DNA of 64,000 nt from an uncultured Methylomirabilota bacterium (GTDB lineage: Bacteria > Methylomirabilota > Methylomirabilia > Methylomirabilales > 2-02-FULL-66-22), in contig OY970067.1 of NCBI GenBank assembly GCA_963705305.1, positions 4,736,001 through 4,800,000 of the forward strand. The letters run 5' to 3'. Both the position numbers and the translations under genes were made by a program. Within the stretch, counting starts at the first letter, position 1. Every line of letters starts with the position of its first letter. The notes below the pieces were generated by a model, which saw only the letters and a list, made by a program, of their open reading frames with translations, was not told the DNA's origin and did no database searches. Shown in pieces: positions 1 to 14,964 of the stretch.

Positions 1-734
1 CCGCAGACGAACAGGATGTTGGTGGTATCGACCTGTAGGTATTCCTGTTGAGGATGCTTGCGCCCTCCCTGCGGCGGCACGTTGGCCACCGTCCCTTCCA
101 GGATCTTGAGCAGGGCCTGCTGCACCCCCTCTCCGGAGACATCGCGCGTGATGGATGGGTTCTCGGACTTGCGCGCGATCTTGTCGATCTCGTCGATATA
201 GATGATTCCCCGCTCCGCCCGCTCCACATCGTAATCGGCAACCTGGAGCAGCCGTAAGATGATGTTTTCCACATCCTCGCCGACATAGCCGGCCTCGGTC
301 AGGGTGGTGGCGTCGGCAATGGTGAAAGGAACGTCGAGGATCTTGGCCAAAGTCTGGGCCAGGAGGGTTTTCCCGGAGCCGGTGGGACCGATCAGGAGGA
401 TGTTCGACTTGCTGAGCTCGACGTCATCGAAGACTTGCCGCGCGTTGATCCGCTTGTAATGATTGTGGACCGCCACCGCCAGCGTCTTCTTCGCGCGGTC
501 CTGGCCGATCACATATTGGTCGAGCACGGCTTTGATCTCCGCCGGCTTGGGAAGCTGGCCCACTCCCTTGGATTTCTCCTGCTCCCACTCCTCGGCGATG
601 ATGTCGTTGCAGAGCTCGATGCACTCGTCGCAGATGTAGACCGTGGGGCCCGCGATCAGCTTGCGGACATCGTCCTGGCTCTTGCCGCAGAACGAACACT
701 GGAGCTTCCCTCCACCCTTCACCGCCTTGGCCAT
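1..734 (-). CDS. clpX: ATP-dependent Clp protease ATP-binding subunit ClpX (3' part runs off the window)
   Basis: Manual translation from ATG at 734: [42 protein letters not shown] (C4 zinc finger); Walker A GPTGSGKT; follows clpP. Confidence 0.97.
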   Translation of the reverse strand, partial: MAKAVKGGGKLQCSFCGKSQDDVRKLIAGPTVYICDECIELCNDIIAEEWEQEKSKGVGQLPKPAEIKAVLDQYVIGQDRAKKTLAVAVHNHYKRINARQVFDDVELSKSNILLIGPTGSGKTLLAQTLAKILDVPFTIADATTLTEAGYVGEDVENIILRLLQVADYDVERAERGIIYIDEIDKIARKSENPSITRDVSGEGVQQALLKILEGTVANVPPQGGRKHPQQEYLQVDTTNILFVC

Positions 735-801
735 CCGCGCCTCCCGCTCTCCGGAAGAACGAACCGGAATCGAACCTGGGTCCCCCGCCCGACATGCCGT
801 C

Positions 802-1437
802 CTAGGACGTGGCGGCGACCGGGATCACGGGGCTCCCCGCCACCCGCTTGGCGACATCTCGATAGAAGATCACCTCGTCCACCAGCCCGTACTCCTTCGC
901 CTCCTCCGGAGACATGAAGAAGTCGCGGTCGCTGTCCTTCTCTATCCGATCGAGGGACTGGCCGGTGTGATGGGCCAGGATCCGATTCAGCTCCTCCCGC
1001 ATGCGCAGGATCTCCTTGGCCTGAATCTGGATATCCACTGCCTGCCCCTGCGTCCCGCCGGACGGCTGATGGATCATAATCCGGGAGTGCGGGAGGGCCA
1101 TGCGCTTCCCCTTGGTCCCCGCAGCCAGGAGGAGCGCCGCGCCGCTGGCCGCCTGTCCCATGCAGATCGTCTCGATGGCCGGCTTGACGAATTGCATGGT
1201 GTCGTAGATCGCCAGGCTGGAGGTCACCGAGCCGCCGGGCGAATTGACGTACACGTGAATGTCCTTATCCGGGTCCTCCGCCTCCAAGAACAGCAGTTGA
1301 GCGATGACCAGGTTGGCCACCTCGTCGTCGATGGGGGACCCGATGAAGATGATGCGATCCTTCAGCAAGCGGGAATAGATGTCGTAAGCCCGCTCGCCTC
1401 GGCTTGTCTGCTCCACCACCATGGGAACGAGGTACAT
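802..1437 (-). CDS. clpP: ATP-dependent Clp protease proteolytic subunit
   Basis: [48 protein letters not shown] motifs; tig-clpP-clpX order. Confidence 0.97.
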   Translation of the reverse strand: MYLVPMVVEQTSRGERAYDIYSRLLKDRIIFIGSPIDDEVANLVIAQLLFLEAEDPDKDIHVYVNSPGGSVTSSLAIYDTMQFVKPAIETICMGQAASGAALLLAAGTKGKRMALPHSRIMIHQPSGGTQGQAVDIQIQAKEILRMREELNRILAHHTGQSLDRIEKDSDRDFFMSPEEAKEYGLVDEVIFYRDVAKRVAGSPVIPVAATS

Positions 1438-1498
1438 GCTCTGTCTCCACCCCATCCCGCCCCCTCGGGCCGGGGCCCGTGCAGCCCCCGGCCTCCGG

Positions 1499-2803
1499 TC
1501 ATGCGGGCGTGATCAGCCGGTAACTCTCCGTCACTGTCGCCTGCTGATACAGCAGGTCCAGGGCTTTTCGCTCCAGCAGCCGGACGGTCATGGCCTCCCG
1601 GCGATTCGGGTCTTCCAAGATGCTCCGTCGCATCGCCGCCACATCCTGGCGGTAGGCCGACGCCACTCGAGCGACTTCGGCGTCCAGCTCTTCGTCCGTC
1701 ACGGTCAGGCCCTCCTGCCGGGCCACGGCCTCCAGCAGCAGGGACTCCTTGACCCGCCGCCGGGCCGCGTCTTGGGCCTGGGCTCGCACGGCCTCCGGGC
1801 TCTCCGGCAATCCCTCCACGCGCCCGCCAGCGGCGCGGATCGTCATCAGCATCTCTTCCAGGATAGCCGCCGCCTCACGCTCGACCATGGCCTCCGGCAG
1901 TTCTACCTCGTGCCCGGCGCTCAACTTGTCGAGGAGCGCGCGCTTCAGCTCGGCCTCCTGCGCCCGTGTCTTCCGATCCAGCAGCTGCTGCCGGAGCTTG
2001 CTCCGCAAGGCATCCACCGTTTCCACGTCGCCGGCCGACTTGGCAAATTCCGCGTCCACCTCCGGCAGGCGGCGCTTTTTGACCTCTTTGACAGTCACCC
2101 GGAATTCCACCGTGCGCCCGGCCAGCTCTTTGCGGGGGTATTCGGCCGGGATCGCGAGGGAGAACTGCTTCCGATCCCCCTTCTGCATGCCCGCGATCTG
2201 CTCTTCCAGGCCGGGCAGGTATTCGCCCCGGCCCAGCACCAGGATCACGTTCGTCCCGCTGCTTCCCTTGAACGGCCTGCCGTTGACGGTCCCTTCGTGG
2301 TCGAGGATGACGAGGTCGTCCCGCATGGCGGGCCAGCCCTCCATGGGGATGAATTCGGCCGCCTCTTCACGCAGAAACTCCAGCGCGCGGTCCACCTCCT
2401 GGTCTGCCACCTCGACTTTGTCCCGCTCCACTGCCAGGCCGCGGTAGTCCGTGACGGTCACCGCCGGCTTGACCTCGACCACCGCCTTGTAGGTGAGAGG
2501 CTCTCCCTCGTGAAAATGAACGTCCTCGAGGGTCGGCTGGCCGACCGGCTGGAGCGCCGTCTGCGCCACCGCTTCGCGAAAGGAGTCCGGGATGAGCTCC
2601 CGCAGGACCTCGTCCTGGACTTCCGATTGGAAGCGCCGCCGGATGATCTCGTGCGGGACCTTTCCCCGGCGGAAGCCGGGAAGCTGAAGCTTTCGTCCCC
2701 ATTCGCGAAAGGTAGCTTCGATCTGAGCAGCAACGCGATCGGAGGGAAGCTCCACGTGGAGTGCGCGCTTCGAAGGGCTTAACTCTTCAACGGTGACTTT
2801 CAT
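1499..2803 (-). CDS. tig: Trigger factor
   Basis: [13 protein letters not shown] start, ribosome-binding motif [14 protein letters not shown]-like middle domain; upstream of clpP. Confidence 0.95.
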   Translation of the reverse strand: MKVTVEELSPSKRALHVELPSDRVAAQIEATFREWGRKLQLPGFRRGKVPHEIIRRRFQSEVQDEVLRELIPDSFREAVAQTALQPVGQPTLEDVHFHEGEPLTYKAVVEVKPAVTVTDYRGLAVERDKVEVADQEVDRALEFLREEAAEFIPMEGWPAMRDDLVILDHEGTVNGRPFKGSSGTNVILVLGRGEYLPGLEEQIAGMQKGDRKQFSLAIPAEYPRKELAGRTVEFRVTVKEVKKRRLPEVDAEFAKSAGDVETVDALRSKLRQQLLDRKTRAQEAELKRALLDKLSAGHEVELPEAMVEREAAAILEEMLMTIRAAGGRVEGLPESPEAVRAQAQDAARRRVKESLLLEAVARQEGLTVTDEELDAEVARVASAYRQDVAAMRRSILEDPNRREAMTVRLLERKALDLLYQQATVTESYRLITPA

Positions 2804-2842
2804 GAGTTCTCGCGTAGTCTGGGGGACGCTGGTTGCCGGGCG

Positions 2843-2926
2843 TGGTGCGAGAGGGGGGAGTTGAACCCCCACGGGTCGCCCCATCCCGCCCTAAACGGGA
2901 CGCGTCTGCCATTCCGCCACTCTCGC
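2843..2926 (-). tRNA. tRNA-Leu(TAG)
   Basis: GCGAGAGTGGCGGAATGGCAGACGCG-TCCCG TTTAGGG CGGGA; long variable arm; encoded CCA. Confidence 0.93.
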
Positions 2927-3025
2927 GGCAGGCACAGGACCCCCGCGACCTCGCCCGGCCGCAGGGTGCATCGGACGCCCGACGTGCGTTCAGTCATCTC
3001 CTCCGACGGTTCGGCATCCCTGGTG

Positions 3026-3101
<76 letters not shown>

Positions 3102-3200
3102 ATCCGTGCACTCAATCTGGGAATGCGGATTTCCGATTGGGGAATGAATCTTCACGCTCTCCCGGTTCCGCACTCCGCGCGCTGCATTCCGCAATAGATC

Positions 3201-3276
<76 letters not shown>

Positions 3277-3388
3277 CCCATCTGCACCGACCAGTTTTTC
3301 GATGACCACATCCCAATGCACACTGGCCGGAGAGTTGCCTTGCCCACGTGATCATTGGAAACTGGTCATTGGTCATTCACCCCGTCGC

Positions 3389-3465
3389 TGGCGCGCCCGG
3401 AGAGAATTGAACTCCCGACCTGCTGGTTCGAAGCCAGCCGCTCTATCCAACTGAGCTACGGGCGC
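3389..3465 (-). tRNA. tRNA-Arg(TCG)
   Basis: GCGCCCGTAGCTCAGTTGGATAGAGCG-GCTGG CTTCGAA CCAGC...CCA. Confidence 0.93.
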
Positions 3466-3492
3466 CTTGCCTCCTCCCCGGCCCGGGGCCGC

Positions 3493-3570
3493 TGGGGTGA
3501 ACGGAGGGACTCGAACCCTCAACCCCTGGAGCCACAGTCCAGTGCTCTGACCAATTGAGCTACGCTCACC
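3493..3570 (-). tRNA. tRNA-His(GTG)
   Basis: CTGGA CTGTGGC TCCAG anticodon arm; G-1 and C73; ends CCCCA. Confidence 0.95.
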
Positions 3571-3662
3571 ATGCCCCGCTGCGGGTCATGGAATGCGGAT
3601 TTCGGCATAAGGCGCCCTGCGCGCCCCTCTGCATTCCGCACTCCGCAATCCGAGACTGTCGC

Positions 3663-3740
3663 TGGCGCGCCTGGGGTGATTTGAACACCCGACACACGGC
3701 TCCGGAGGCCGTTGCTCTATCCGGGCTGAGCTACAGGCGC
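3663..3740 (-). tRNA. tRNA-Arg(CCG)
   Basis: ACGGC CTCCGGA GCCGT anticodon arm; GTTCAAATC T-loop; CCA. Confidence 0.95.
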
Positions 3741-3878
3741 AAATTCATAATGACCGATTCCCAATGACAGAATGACCGGTGGGGACTCTTCAGCTCCTGA
3801 TTGGTCATCGCTCTTTGTGTCATTGGCCATTCGATTCTCTCGTCCGGTTGGGGCGATCCTGCAACACCCTCTGCCCTA

Positions 3879-3955
<77 letters not shown>

Positions 3956-3988
3956 AAGTGTTTCCGGTGATTTCTCGCCCCGACCAGA

Positions 3989-4621
3989 TCAGCGGCCACC
4001 CGTAACGATCAGTCGCTGCAAGACCCCCCGCATCTTGGTCACGGCCTGACCCCGGTGGCTAACCTGGTTCTTCACCACGGGCGCCATCTCGGCCAGCGTT
4101 TGTCTCAGCCTCGGGATCTCAAAAAGTGGATCGTAACCGAATCCGCCTTCCCCTCGAGGCGACAGAGCGATCCGGCCTTCGCAAACGCCCTCCGTCGCAT
4201 GCACCACCCCCCCGGGGTTGGCCAGGGCAAGGGCGCACCGGAAGCGGGCCGTTCGTTTCTCCAGGGGAATGCCCCGCAATTTGTCCAAGAGCAGATGGTT
4301 CCGGTCGTCGTCACTGGCCCGAGGGCCGGCAAAGCGGGCCGAACGCACACCGGGGAGCCCGTCCAGGGCGTCCACTTCCAGTCCGGAATCGTCCGCCAGT
4401 GCCCATTCTCCGCTCGCACTGGCAACCGCCCGAGCCTTGGTCCGCGCGTTCTCCTGAAACGACTCGCCGCCCTCCGGCGGCACCGCGATGGGCCCAACCC
4501 GGTCGAGCGGCAGGAAGAGAACGTCCAACCCGCAGAGCAACGCGACGATCTCGTTGAATTTCCCGCGATTCCCGGTGGCGATGACCAGCGTGATTCTATG
4601 GAGGGCTGCCACGTTTGTCAA
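3989..4621 (-). CDS. rdgB: Non-canonical purine NTP pyrophosphatase (RdgB/HAM1); start uncertain
   Basis: [45 protein letters not shown] motifs; follows rph. Confidence 0.95.
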   Translation of the reverse strand: MTNVAALHRITLVIATGNRGKFNEIVALLCGLDVLFLPLDRVGPIAVPPEGGESFQENARTKARAVASASGEWALADDSGLEVDALDGLPGVRSARFAGPRASDDDRNHLLLDKLRGIPLEKRTARFRCALALANPGGVVHATEGVCEGRIALSPRGEGGFGYDPLFEIPRLRQTLAEMAPVVKNQVSHRGQAVTKMRGVLQRLIVTGGR

Positions 4622-4625
4622 GCCA

Positions 4626-5360
4626 CTAATTGGCGCCGCGAACCCGCTCAGCGAGCAGCTTTCGTTGAATCGCAATGAGATCGCGGATCCCGGTCGCGGC
4701 CAATTGCAGCATACTGTCCAGCTGTCCCCGGTCGAACGGTCGCTCCTCGGCCGTCCCCTGAATCTCGATGAAGCTCCCTCCGCCCGTCATCACCACGTTC
4801 ATATCCACATCCGCCATGACGTCCTCGGCATAGCACAGATCGAGCACGGCCTGCCCGGCGACCAGACCCACGCTGGTTGCGGCGACGAAGTCCTTCAGGG
4901 GCAGGCTGGCGATCAGGCCGTTCTCCCGCAGTCGGTGAAGCGCATCCGCCAGTGCCACGTAGGCGCCGGTGATGGCCGCGGTGCGCGTTCCCCCATCGGC
5001 CTGAATGACGTCGCAGTCGATCCAGATGGTCCGCGGTCCCAGCACGGGCAGATCGGTGACTCCCCGCAGGCAGCGCCCAACCAGTCGCTGGATCTCAAAC
5101 GTCCGGCCGCTCGGACGCCCCCCTGATGTCTCACGCGGCGATCTGGTCTTGGTGGAGCGCGGCAGCATGCCGTATTCCGCCGTCACCCATCCCTGACCTG
5201 TTTCCCGAAGGAAGGGCGGCACTTTGTCTTCGATGCTGGCAGAGCAGATGACCTTCGTCTCCCCGACCGTCACCAAGACGGACCCGTCCGCATACCGGAG
5301 GAAATCCCGGCTGATCGTCACAGGGCGCATCTCCTCCGATCGTCGACCGTCCGGTCGCAT
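4626..5360 (-). CDS. rph: Ribonuclease PH
   Basis: [50 protein letters not shown]. Confidence 0.97.
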   Translation of the reverse strand: MRPDGRRSEEMRPVTISRDFLRYADGSVLVTVGETKVICSASIEDKVPPFLRETGQGWVTAEYGMLPRSTKTRSPRETSGGRPSGRTFEIQRLVGRCLRGVTDLPVLGPRTIWIDCDVIQADGGTRTAAITGAYVALADALHRLRENGLIASLPLKDFVAATSVGLVAGQAVLDLCYAEDVMADVDMNVVMTGGGSFIEIQGTAEERPFDRGQLDSMLQLAATGIRDLIAIQRKLLAERVRGAN

Positions 5361-5372
5361 ACGTCACCCCAC

Positions 5373-5999
5373 TCACTGACTCGGCTGAGGCGCCCCCCCT
5401 GCACTTGCCTCGCCCGGGAAGTCCGGGCTGAGGGGCCGGCGCAGGTCCAAGGAGCCGACCGTCATGGCCAATTCCTGCCCGTCCGACATGAACTGAACCC
5501 GCTTGATCTCGCTGAAGCTGCTCGTGAATGTTCCAACGATCGCCAGGATCGCCAAATCCACCTGCGGGCCGGTCTCGTTCGTCACGAAATCTTGAAACGG
5601 TCGATTGAAGTCCAGGTAGAGGATGCCAAATGCGTCCACATACACCTGCTGAAGCTTGACACCCGGGGGAAGGGGCGGATGAACCCCCGGCTCACCACCC
5701 GTGGCCAGCGCCTGTAGGAGCGCCCGCGCGTCCTCCGCCAGCCCGGTTCCGCGCGGGATGTCCCGCTCCTGCTCCCGGAGGGCGGCGCGGCCCGTCTCCG
5801 GGAAGAACAACCGCACGCGCCGCTGTGCCTTAACCGCCGGCGGCGGCGCCGACTCCGGAGCCTGCACCTGAAGGCCGGGGAGCGCGGGAAGATGAGGCCA
5901 CACCTCCCAGCCGATCCCGGCCGCAACCCCTGCGCCGCCCAGCAGCAGGAGGAGCCAGGGCCAGAAGGCAGGCGGGCGCCGCTTCGACCCGGCCACCAC
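5373..5999 (-). CDS. GerMN-domain membrane-anchored protein (start 5999 GTG or 6080)
   Basis: N-terminal TM helix, VRLFFP...ER, LYLDF, AIVGTFT...IKRVQF pattern; typical amidase-GerMN-rph context. Confidence 0.75.
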   Translation of the reverse strand: MVAGSKRRPPAFWPWLLLLLGGAGVAAGIGWEVWPHLPALPGLQVQAPESAPPPAVKAQRRVRLFFPETGRAALREQERDIPRGTGLAEDARALLQALATGGEPGVHPPLPPGVKLQQVYVDAFGILYLDFNRPFQDFVTNETGPQVDLAILAIVGTFTSSFSEIKRVQFMSDGQELAMTVGSLDLRRPLSPDFPGEASAGGAPQPSQ

Positions 6000-6000
6000 C

Positions 6001-7431
6001 TCAGGACCCCACGGCGGCGGGAGCGCGGCCCCGTCCAACCCGCCGCTCGTACCGAACCTTGTATTTGGCGATCGCATCAAAGAGCGCCTCGGCGATCTGC
6101 TGCCGGTACGACTGCCTTTGAAGCTTTCGCTCCTCCTTGGGGTTGCTGATGAATGCGCTCTCCACCAGGACGGCCGGCATCGCCGCCGTGGCCAGGACGC
6201 GGAACGGTCCGGACTTTACGCCGCGGTTCTCCCCTTTGAGGAGCTTGTCCAGGGAGCCCAGCAAGAGCTCCGCTAGCCGCTCCGACTCCTTCATGTCCCG
6301 GCTGACCGCCATGTCTGCGAGGGTAGTCTTCAAGAGGGATTCCTGATCTGCTCCGGTCGCCCCGTCGGTCTGGATGACCAGGTTCTCACGCTGCGCGGAG
6401 GCGCGCGCGTCGTTGTCCGATGGCTCGCGGGTAAAATAGTATGTCTCGAACCCGTCCGTCCCGCGCTGCCCGCCCGCATTCATGTGGAGACTGATGAAGA
6501 AATCGGCCTTGGCGCGATTCGCAAAGGCGGTTCGCTCCTCCAGGGGCACGAAGACATCCGTCGTGCGCGTCATGAGAACGCGGACCCCCAGGCGGTCTTG
6601 GAGCAGCTTGCGGAGGCGGAGCGCCAGGTCCAGGACCACCTCCTTCTCCATGAGGCCCGTGGGTCCGATGGCCCCGGTGTCGTGACCCCCGTGTCCGGGA
6701 TCCAGGACGATGGTCAGCGGAGCGGCTTCCTCGGCGGGCCCCTCTTCCGGCGTGGCGGGAGACGCCTGGTTCGCGGCCGCCGCAGTTCCGGACGCTCGAG
6801 GCGTCCGTTCTTGGGGCGCCGCAGAGACCCGGGGAGCACCCGCAGCCGGTGCGGTTGCCCGAGGAGGCGCCTCGGGCGGCGCAGGGGCCGTCACGGGGGC
6901 GGGCGGCCTTGCGTGAGCCGTCTCAGGAGGACCGGCGTGGACATCCACGACGATCCGGTCCGGGCCCGCCAGGCTGAAGCTCTTCACGGATGTGCTGCGG
7001 GAATCGCAGAGCAGCGTGATCTCTGCGCCACCGGGACGTTGGGTCGTTCGGATCGACCTCACGATCCCGTCTTTCAGCCCGATTGAATGGATCGTCGAGG
7101 CCAGCAGACCCCCCGGAACAAGAATCTGCACACTGTCAGCCGTCCGGCGCTGCACCGACCATTCCCACGGCCTCGACATCTCGAGCACGATCCGGGTATA
7201 GGTCGGATATCTTCCGACGCGCAGCTTCGTAAGCGTAACCCCGTCCGCCCTCCCGGCCCTCACAGTCTGCCGGGCCGCGGCACTTGCCGCGCTTCTGTCC
7301 AATCCGGGGCGCGCCCCTGGGGCCGCCCAGCCCAGTTGAGCGGCAGCACATGCCAGGACTGCGGCTGAAACGAGGATCGGCGTCCAGCCATGACAGAAGC
7401 GCCAACGTTCTCCGCCCGTGTGGCAAATCAT
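6001..7431 (-). CDS. N-acetylmuramoyl-L-alanine amidase (AMIN domain + Amidase_3)
   Basis: Signal-like N-terminus, RIVLE/DRIVVDV AMIN motifs, IVLDPGHGGHD, FISLHMN, PAVLVESAFISN. Confidence 0.92.
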   Translation of the reverse strand: MICHTGGERWRFCHGWTPILVSAAVLACAAAQLGWAAPGARPGLDRSAASAAARQTVRAGRADGVTLTKLRVGRYPTYTRIVLEMSRPWEWSVQRRTADSVQILVPGGLLASTIHSIGLKDGIVRSIRTTQRPGGAEITLLCDSRSTSVKSFSLAGPDRIVVDVHAGPPETAHARPPAPVTAPAPPEAPPRATAPAAGAPRVSAAPQERTPRASGTAAAANQASPATPEEGPAEEAAPLTIVLDPGHGGHDTGAIGPTGLMEKEVVLDLALRLRKLLQDRLGVRVLMTRTTDVFVPLEERTAFANRAKADFFISLHMNAGGQRGTDGFETYYFTREPSDNDARASAQRENLVIQTDGATGADQESLLKTTLADMAVSRDMKESERLAELLLGSLDKLLKGENRGVKSGPFRVLATAAMPAVLVESAFISNPKEERKLQRQSYRQQIAEALFDAIAKYKVRYERRVGRGRAPAAVGS

Positions 7432-7553
7432 TTAATATTTCCGAGAGGTTCAGATGCTATCTGTAACACACTCCTTGCATCCTGTCAAACAACTCCTGAT
7501 AAATTCGCCATAAAGAACAGAAATGGGGACGATCAGCTGGCCAACCAATCAAA

Positions 7554-7591
7554 GCAAAAGGCCCCACGCCATTCGGCGTGGGGCCTTTTGC
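7554..7591 (-). terminator. Intrinsic terminator of the rrn operon
   Basis: GCAAAAGGCCCCACGCC-ATTC-GGCGTGGGGCCTTTTGC hairpin just past the 5S 3' end. Confidence 0.85.
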
Positions 7592-7598
7592 CTAATTA

Positions 7599-7716
7599 TC
7601 CCGGCGGCGACCTACTTTCCCACCCGGTTGCCCGAGCAGTATCATCGGCGCTGGAGGGCTTAACTGCCGTGTTCGGGATGGGAACGGGTGTGTCCCCTCC
7701 GCCATGGCCACCGGAA
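7599..7716 (-). rRNA. rrf: 5S rRNA
   Basis: TTCCGGTGGCCATGGCGGAGGGGACACACCCGTTCCCATCCCGAACACGGCAGTTAAG...GTAGGTCGCCGCCGG. Confidence 0.97.
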
Positions 7717-7745
7717 ATCGATACGTTTTCCTATGCGGCTGCGCT

Positions 7746-8075
7746 CTAGCGGCCGTCGTGGCCGACCGTCACCAGCTCCCGGATTCGAGCAAACTGCTTT
7801 TTGCCGAGAATCCGGCGCACTACCACGTCATCCAGATTTCGGTACGGACGGTTCCGCACCAGCCACTCCGCCGCTTGCGGCGAGATCCCCGGCAGACGAC
7901 TGAGCTCCTCTACCGTGGCGCGGTTCAGGTCGATCTTCCCTGCCGTCGGAACGCTTGAGGGTGCCGTCGCCGGCGCCGAGGTCTCCCTCCCCCCAAGCTG
8001 GGCGGTGGCATGCCACGCCAGGCCCGCCATCAATATCAGTGCGACAATGGCGACCACTACCAGAGCGCGCTGCAT
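7746..8075 (-). CDS. Secreted ComEA-like helix-hairpin-helix protein (109 aa) in the 23S-5S spacer
   Basis: MQRALVVVAIVALILMAGLAWHATA signal peptide, P/A/T linker, KIDLNRATVEELSRLPGISPQAAEWLVRNRPYRNLDDVV HhH_3-type domain. Confidence 0.85.
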   Translation of the reverse strand: MQRALVVVAIVALILMAGLAWHATAQLGGRETSAPATAPSSVPTAGKIDLNRATVEELSRLPGISPQAAEWLVRNRPYRNLDDVVVRRILGKKQFARIRELVTVGHDGR

Positions 8076-8142
8076 AGTGAAAAGAGAATAGCGATTGGGG
8101 TATCCACCCTGCTTCCCGGATAGACGATCCATAAGGAAAATG

Positions 8143-11158
<3,016 letters not shown>

Positions 11159-11200
11159 CATACGGATCGGTGAAACAGAGTGGATACCCAATCGCTATTC

Positions 11201-11215
11201 AGTTGTCAAAGAGCA
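11201..11215 (-). promoter_or_regulatory. Spacer boxA antiterminator
   Basis: TGCTCTTTGACAACT upstream of 23S; related leader boxA TGTTCTCTGACAAT at 13387-13400. Confidence 0.75.
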
Positions 11216-11269
11216 CAGCCCCCATTCCTGGGAGCTCTCTTCACCATCGATCACACGCCACATCAGCGC

Positions 11270-11345
11270 TGGTGGAGATGAGCGGAATCGAACCGCTGAC
11301 CCCCTGCTTGCAAAGCAGGTGCTCTCCCGTCTGAGCTACATCCCC
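11270..11345 (-). tRNA. tRNA-Ala(TGC)
   Basis: GGGGATGTAGCTCAG...CCTGC TTTGCAA GCAGG...CTCCACCA in the 16S-23S ITS. Confidence 0.96.
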
Positions 11346-11415
11346 ACAACCCAGTGTCGGAACACGGATAGCGGACGTCCAAATCCGCATTCGACATTCA
11401 ACATTCCGCAATGGG

Positions 11416-11492
11416 TGGTGGGCCTTCCTGGGATCGAACCAGGGACCTCACGCTTATCAAGCGTGCGCTCTAGCCAGCTGAGCTAAAGGCCC
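11416..11492 (-). tRNA. tRNA-Ile(GAT)
   Basis: GGGCCTTTAGCTCAG...CACGC TTGATAA GCGTG...CCCACCA in the ITS. Confidence 0.96.
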
Positions 11493-11717
11493 TCGTGGGT
11501 CGTTCATCCCCGGATCAGGCATCGTGCCCCTGGCAAGACGCCGCCGGCACTGCCGCCGGCCTTGACCCGCGATCCGCACGCCCATTCGACAGATCACGGG
11601 AAGAGGCAGCTCCTCTCCCCGCTGATGTGCGCGTCGATGAAAATATCATTGCTACCGGCTTGGGGTAAATCGACCAGCGAGCCTCGCAACCCTGCTCGAA
11701 AGCAGGGCGGGTCGGCT

Positions 11718-13284
<1,567 letters not shown>

Positions 13285-13431
13285 AAACTCGCTCTCTCAT
13301 GCGAGAGATCTCGGACCACCCCGTCCTTGCGGACGGGTGTGGAATTGTGCGTGTGTCCACCCACAAGCCAGTAGCAATGATATTCGATTGTCAGAGAACA
13401 GAAATGGCGGGCTGAGATGCCCCCGCCACAT

Positions 13432-13529
13432 AATGTAGAACAACTGCCGCGAAGCTGTCAAGGTCTCTCGGAAGAAACCCGATATCCGGCAAGACCCTGT
13501 TTTTTACCAGTACTTCATAGAATTGTCAA
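13432..13529 (-). promoter_or_regulatory. Tandem sigma70-type rrn promoters
   Basis: TTGACA(13524-13529)-17-TAAAAA and TTGACA(13456-13461)-18-TACATT followed by a GC-rich discriminator. Confidence 0.7.
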
Positions 13530-13584
13530 GCCTTTTTTTCTTTCCAATCTAGATAAATCGACCGCCGTGAATTGCACCGTCTTT

Positions 13585-14826
13585 TCAGGGGGTTACCCGG
13601 ACGAATCGGCGCTTCCCCACTTGCAGGCGGTGCTCCTGATCCAGAAGTATGCGGGCATCCTCGTCTCTCAGGATCTCCCCGTCCACCTCCACACCACCCT
13701 GCCGGATCAGCCGCCTGGCTTCCGAGCTGCTCGCGGCCGCCCCCGCCAGAGTGATCAACCGGACGATCCATATTCTCCGGCCCGGCTCCAGGGCCTCCGC
13801 CGGGGGCGTGAACACGGGGGCATTCGCGGGAAACTTCCGGGCGCCGAACGTCTCGGCAAACCACCGAGCCGCCTCTGCGGCCGCAGGGGCGGAGTGATAC
13901 TGGGTGACGAGAGCCGTGGCCAACGTCACCTTCGCATCCCGCGGATGGGCCGTCCCCTCCGCCAGGCCCGAGCGCACGGCCTCGATCTCCTCCGGCGGGA
14001 TGGCCGTCGCCAGCTCCATGTACCGCAGGATCAGGCCGTCGGGAATCGACATCGCCTTTCCGAAGATGGCCTGCGGCGGCTCGTCGATCCCGATGTAGTT
14101 CCCCAGGCTCTTGCTCATCTTCTGCACGCCGTCGAGCCCTTCCAGGATCGGCAGCGTCATGATGACCTGCGGCTCCTGCCCGTATTCCCGCTGCAACTCC
14201 CGCCCGACGAGCAGATTGAATTTCTGGTCGGTCCCTCCCAGCTCGACATCCGCGCGCAGCGCTACCGAGTCGTAACCCTGGAGCAGGGGGTAGAGAAACT
14301 CGTGGATCCCGATGGGACGTCCCTCGGTGAACCGGTTGTGAAAGTCGTCCCGCTCCAGCATGCGGGCCACCGTCCACCGCGCCGCCAGGGTGATCATGCC
14401 CTCCGACCCCAGCGCCCTCCCCCAGCGGCTGTTGTAGTCGACGGTCGTCCGGACGGGATCCAGGATCTTGAAGATCTGCCGCTTGTAGGTTTCGGCGTTC
14501 TGCTGGATCTGCTCGGGGGTCAGCGGCTTCCGGGTCTCCGAGCGGCCGCTGGGGTCGCCGATCATGCCCGTGAAGTCTCCGATCAAGAAGATGATGTCGT
14601 GTCCGAGAGCCTGGAACTCGCGCAGCTTGTGGACTACTACGGTGTGCCCGATATGCAGGTCGGGCGCCGTGGGATCCAGCCCCAGCTTCACCCGGAGGGG
14701 CATCTGGGTCCGAAGCGACCGGCAGAGCTTCTCGAAAAGCTCCTCCTCCACCAGGAGGTCCACGCACCTGGCCTTGAGAATTCCCAACTGACGCCGGGCT
14801 TCGGTTTCAACCGCGGTTGCGTTCAT
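13585..14826 (-). CDS. tyrS: Tyrosine--tRNA ligase
   Basis: KLGLDPTAPDLHIGH, YPLLQGYD, KMSKS, C-terminal S4 domain; TTGCGA-17-TACAAA promoter at 14865-14893 favours ATG 14826. Confidence 0.96.
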   Translation of the reverse strand: MNATAVETEARRQLGILKARCVDLLVEEELFEKLCRSLRTQMPLRVKLGLDPTAPDLHIGHTVVVHKLREFQALGHDIIFLIGDFTGMIGDPSGRSETRKPLTPEQIQQNAETYKRQIFKILDPVRTTVDYNSRWGRALGSEGMITLAARWTVARMLERDDFHNRFTEGRPIGIHEFLYPLLQGYDSVALRADVELGGTDQKFNLLVGRELQREYGQEPQVIMTLPILEGLDGVQKMSKSLGNYIGIDEPPQAIFGKAMSIPDGLILRYMELATAIPPEEIEAVRSGLAEGTAHPRDAKVTLATALVTQYHSAPAAAEAARWFAETFGARKFPANAPVFTPPAEALEPGRRIWIVRLITLAGAAASSSEARRLIRQGGVEVDGEILRDEDARILLDQEHRLQVGKRRFVRVTP

Positions 14827-14964
14827 GCACACGACCTCGTCTGCGGTCTCTGCGGCAGCGGCGGTTTGTATCACAGGTACGGCCGCTTCGCAATCAAAAA
14901 GAGCGCCCCGCAGGCAGGCGCGTCAGCTTTGCGAGGCCCGCTCTGTATGTTATAGTCCTTCATT

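Noticed and set aside
7514..7526. 13-mer AGAACAGAAATGG shared with the rrn leader boxA region (13395-13407)
   Set aside because: Lies beyond the terminator, and a 13-bp match is expected by chance in 64 kb.
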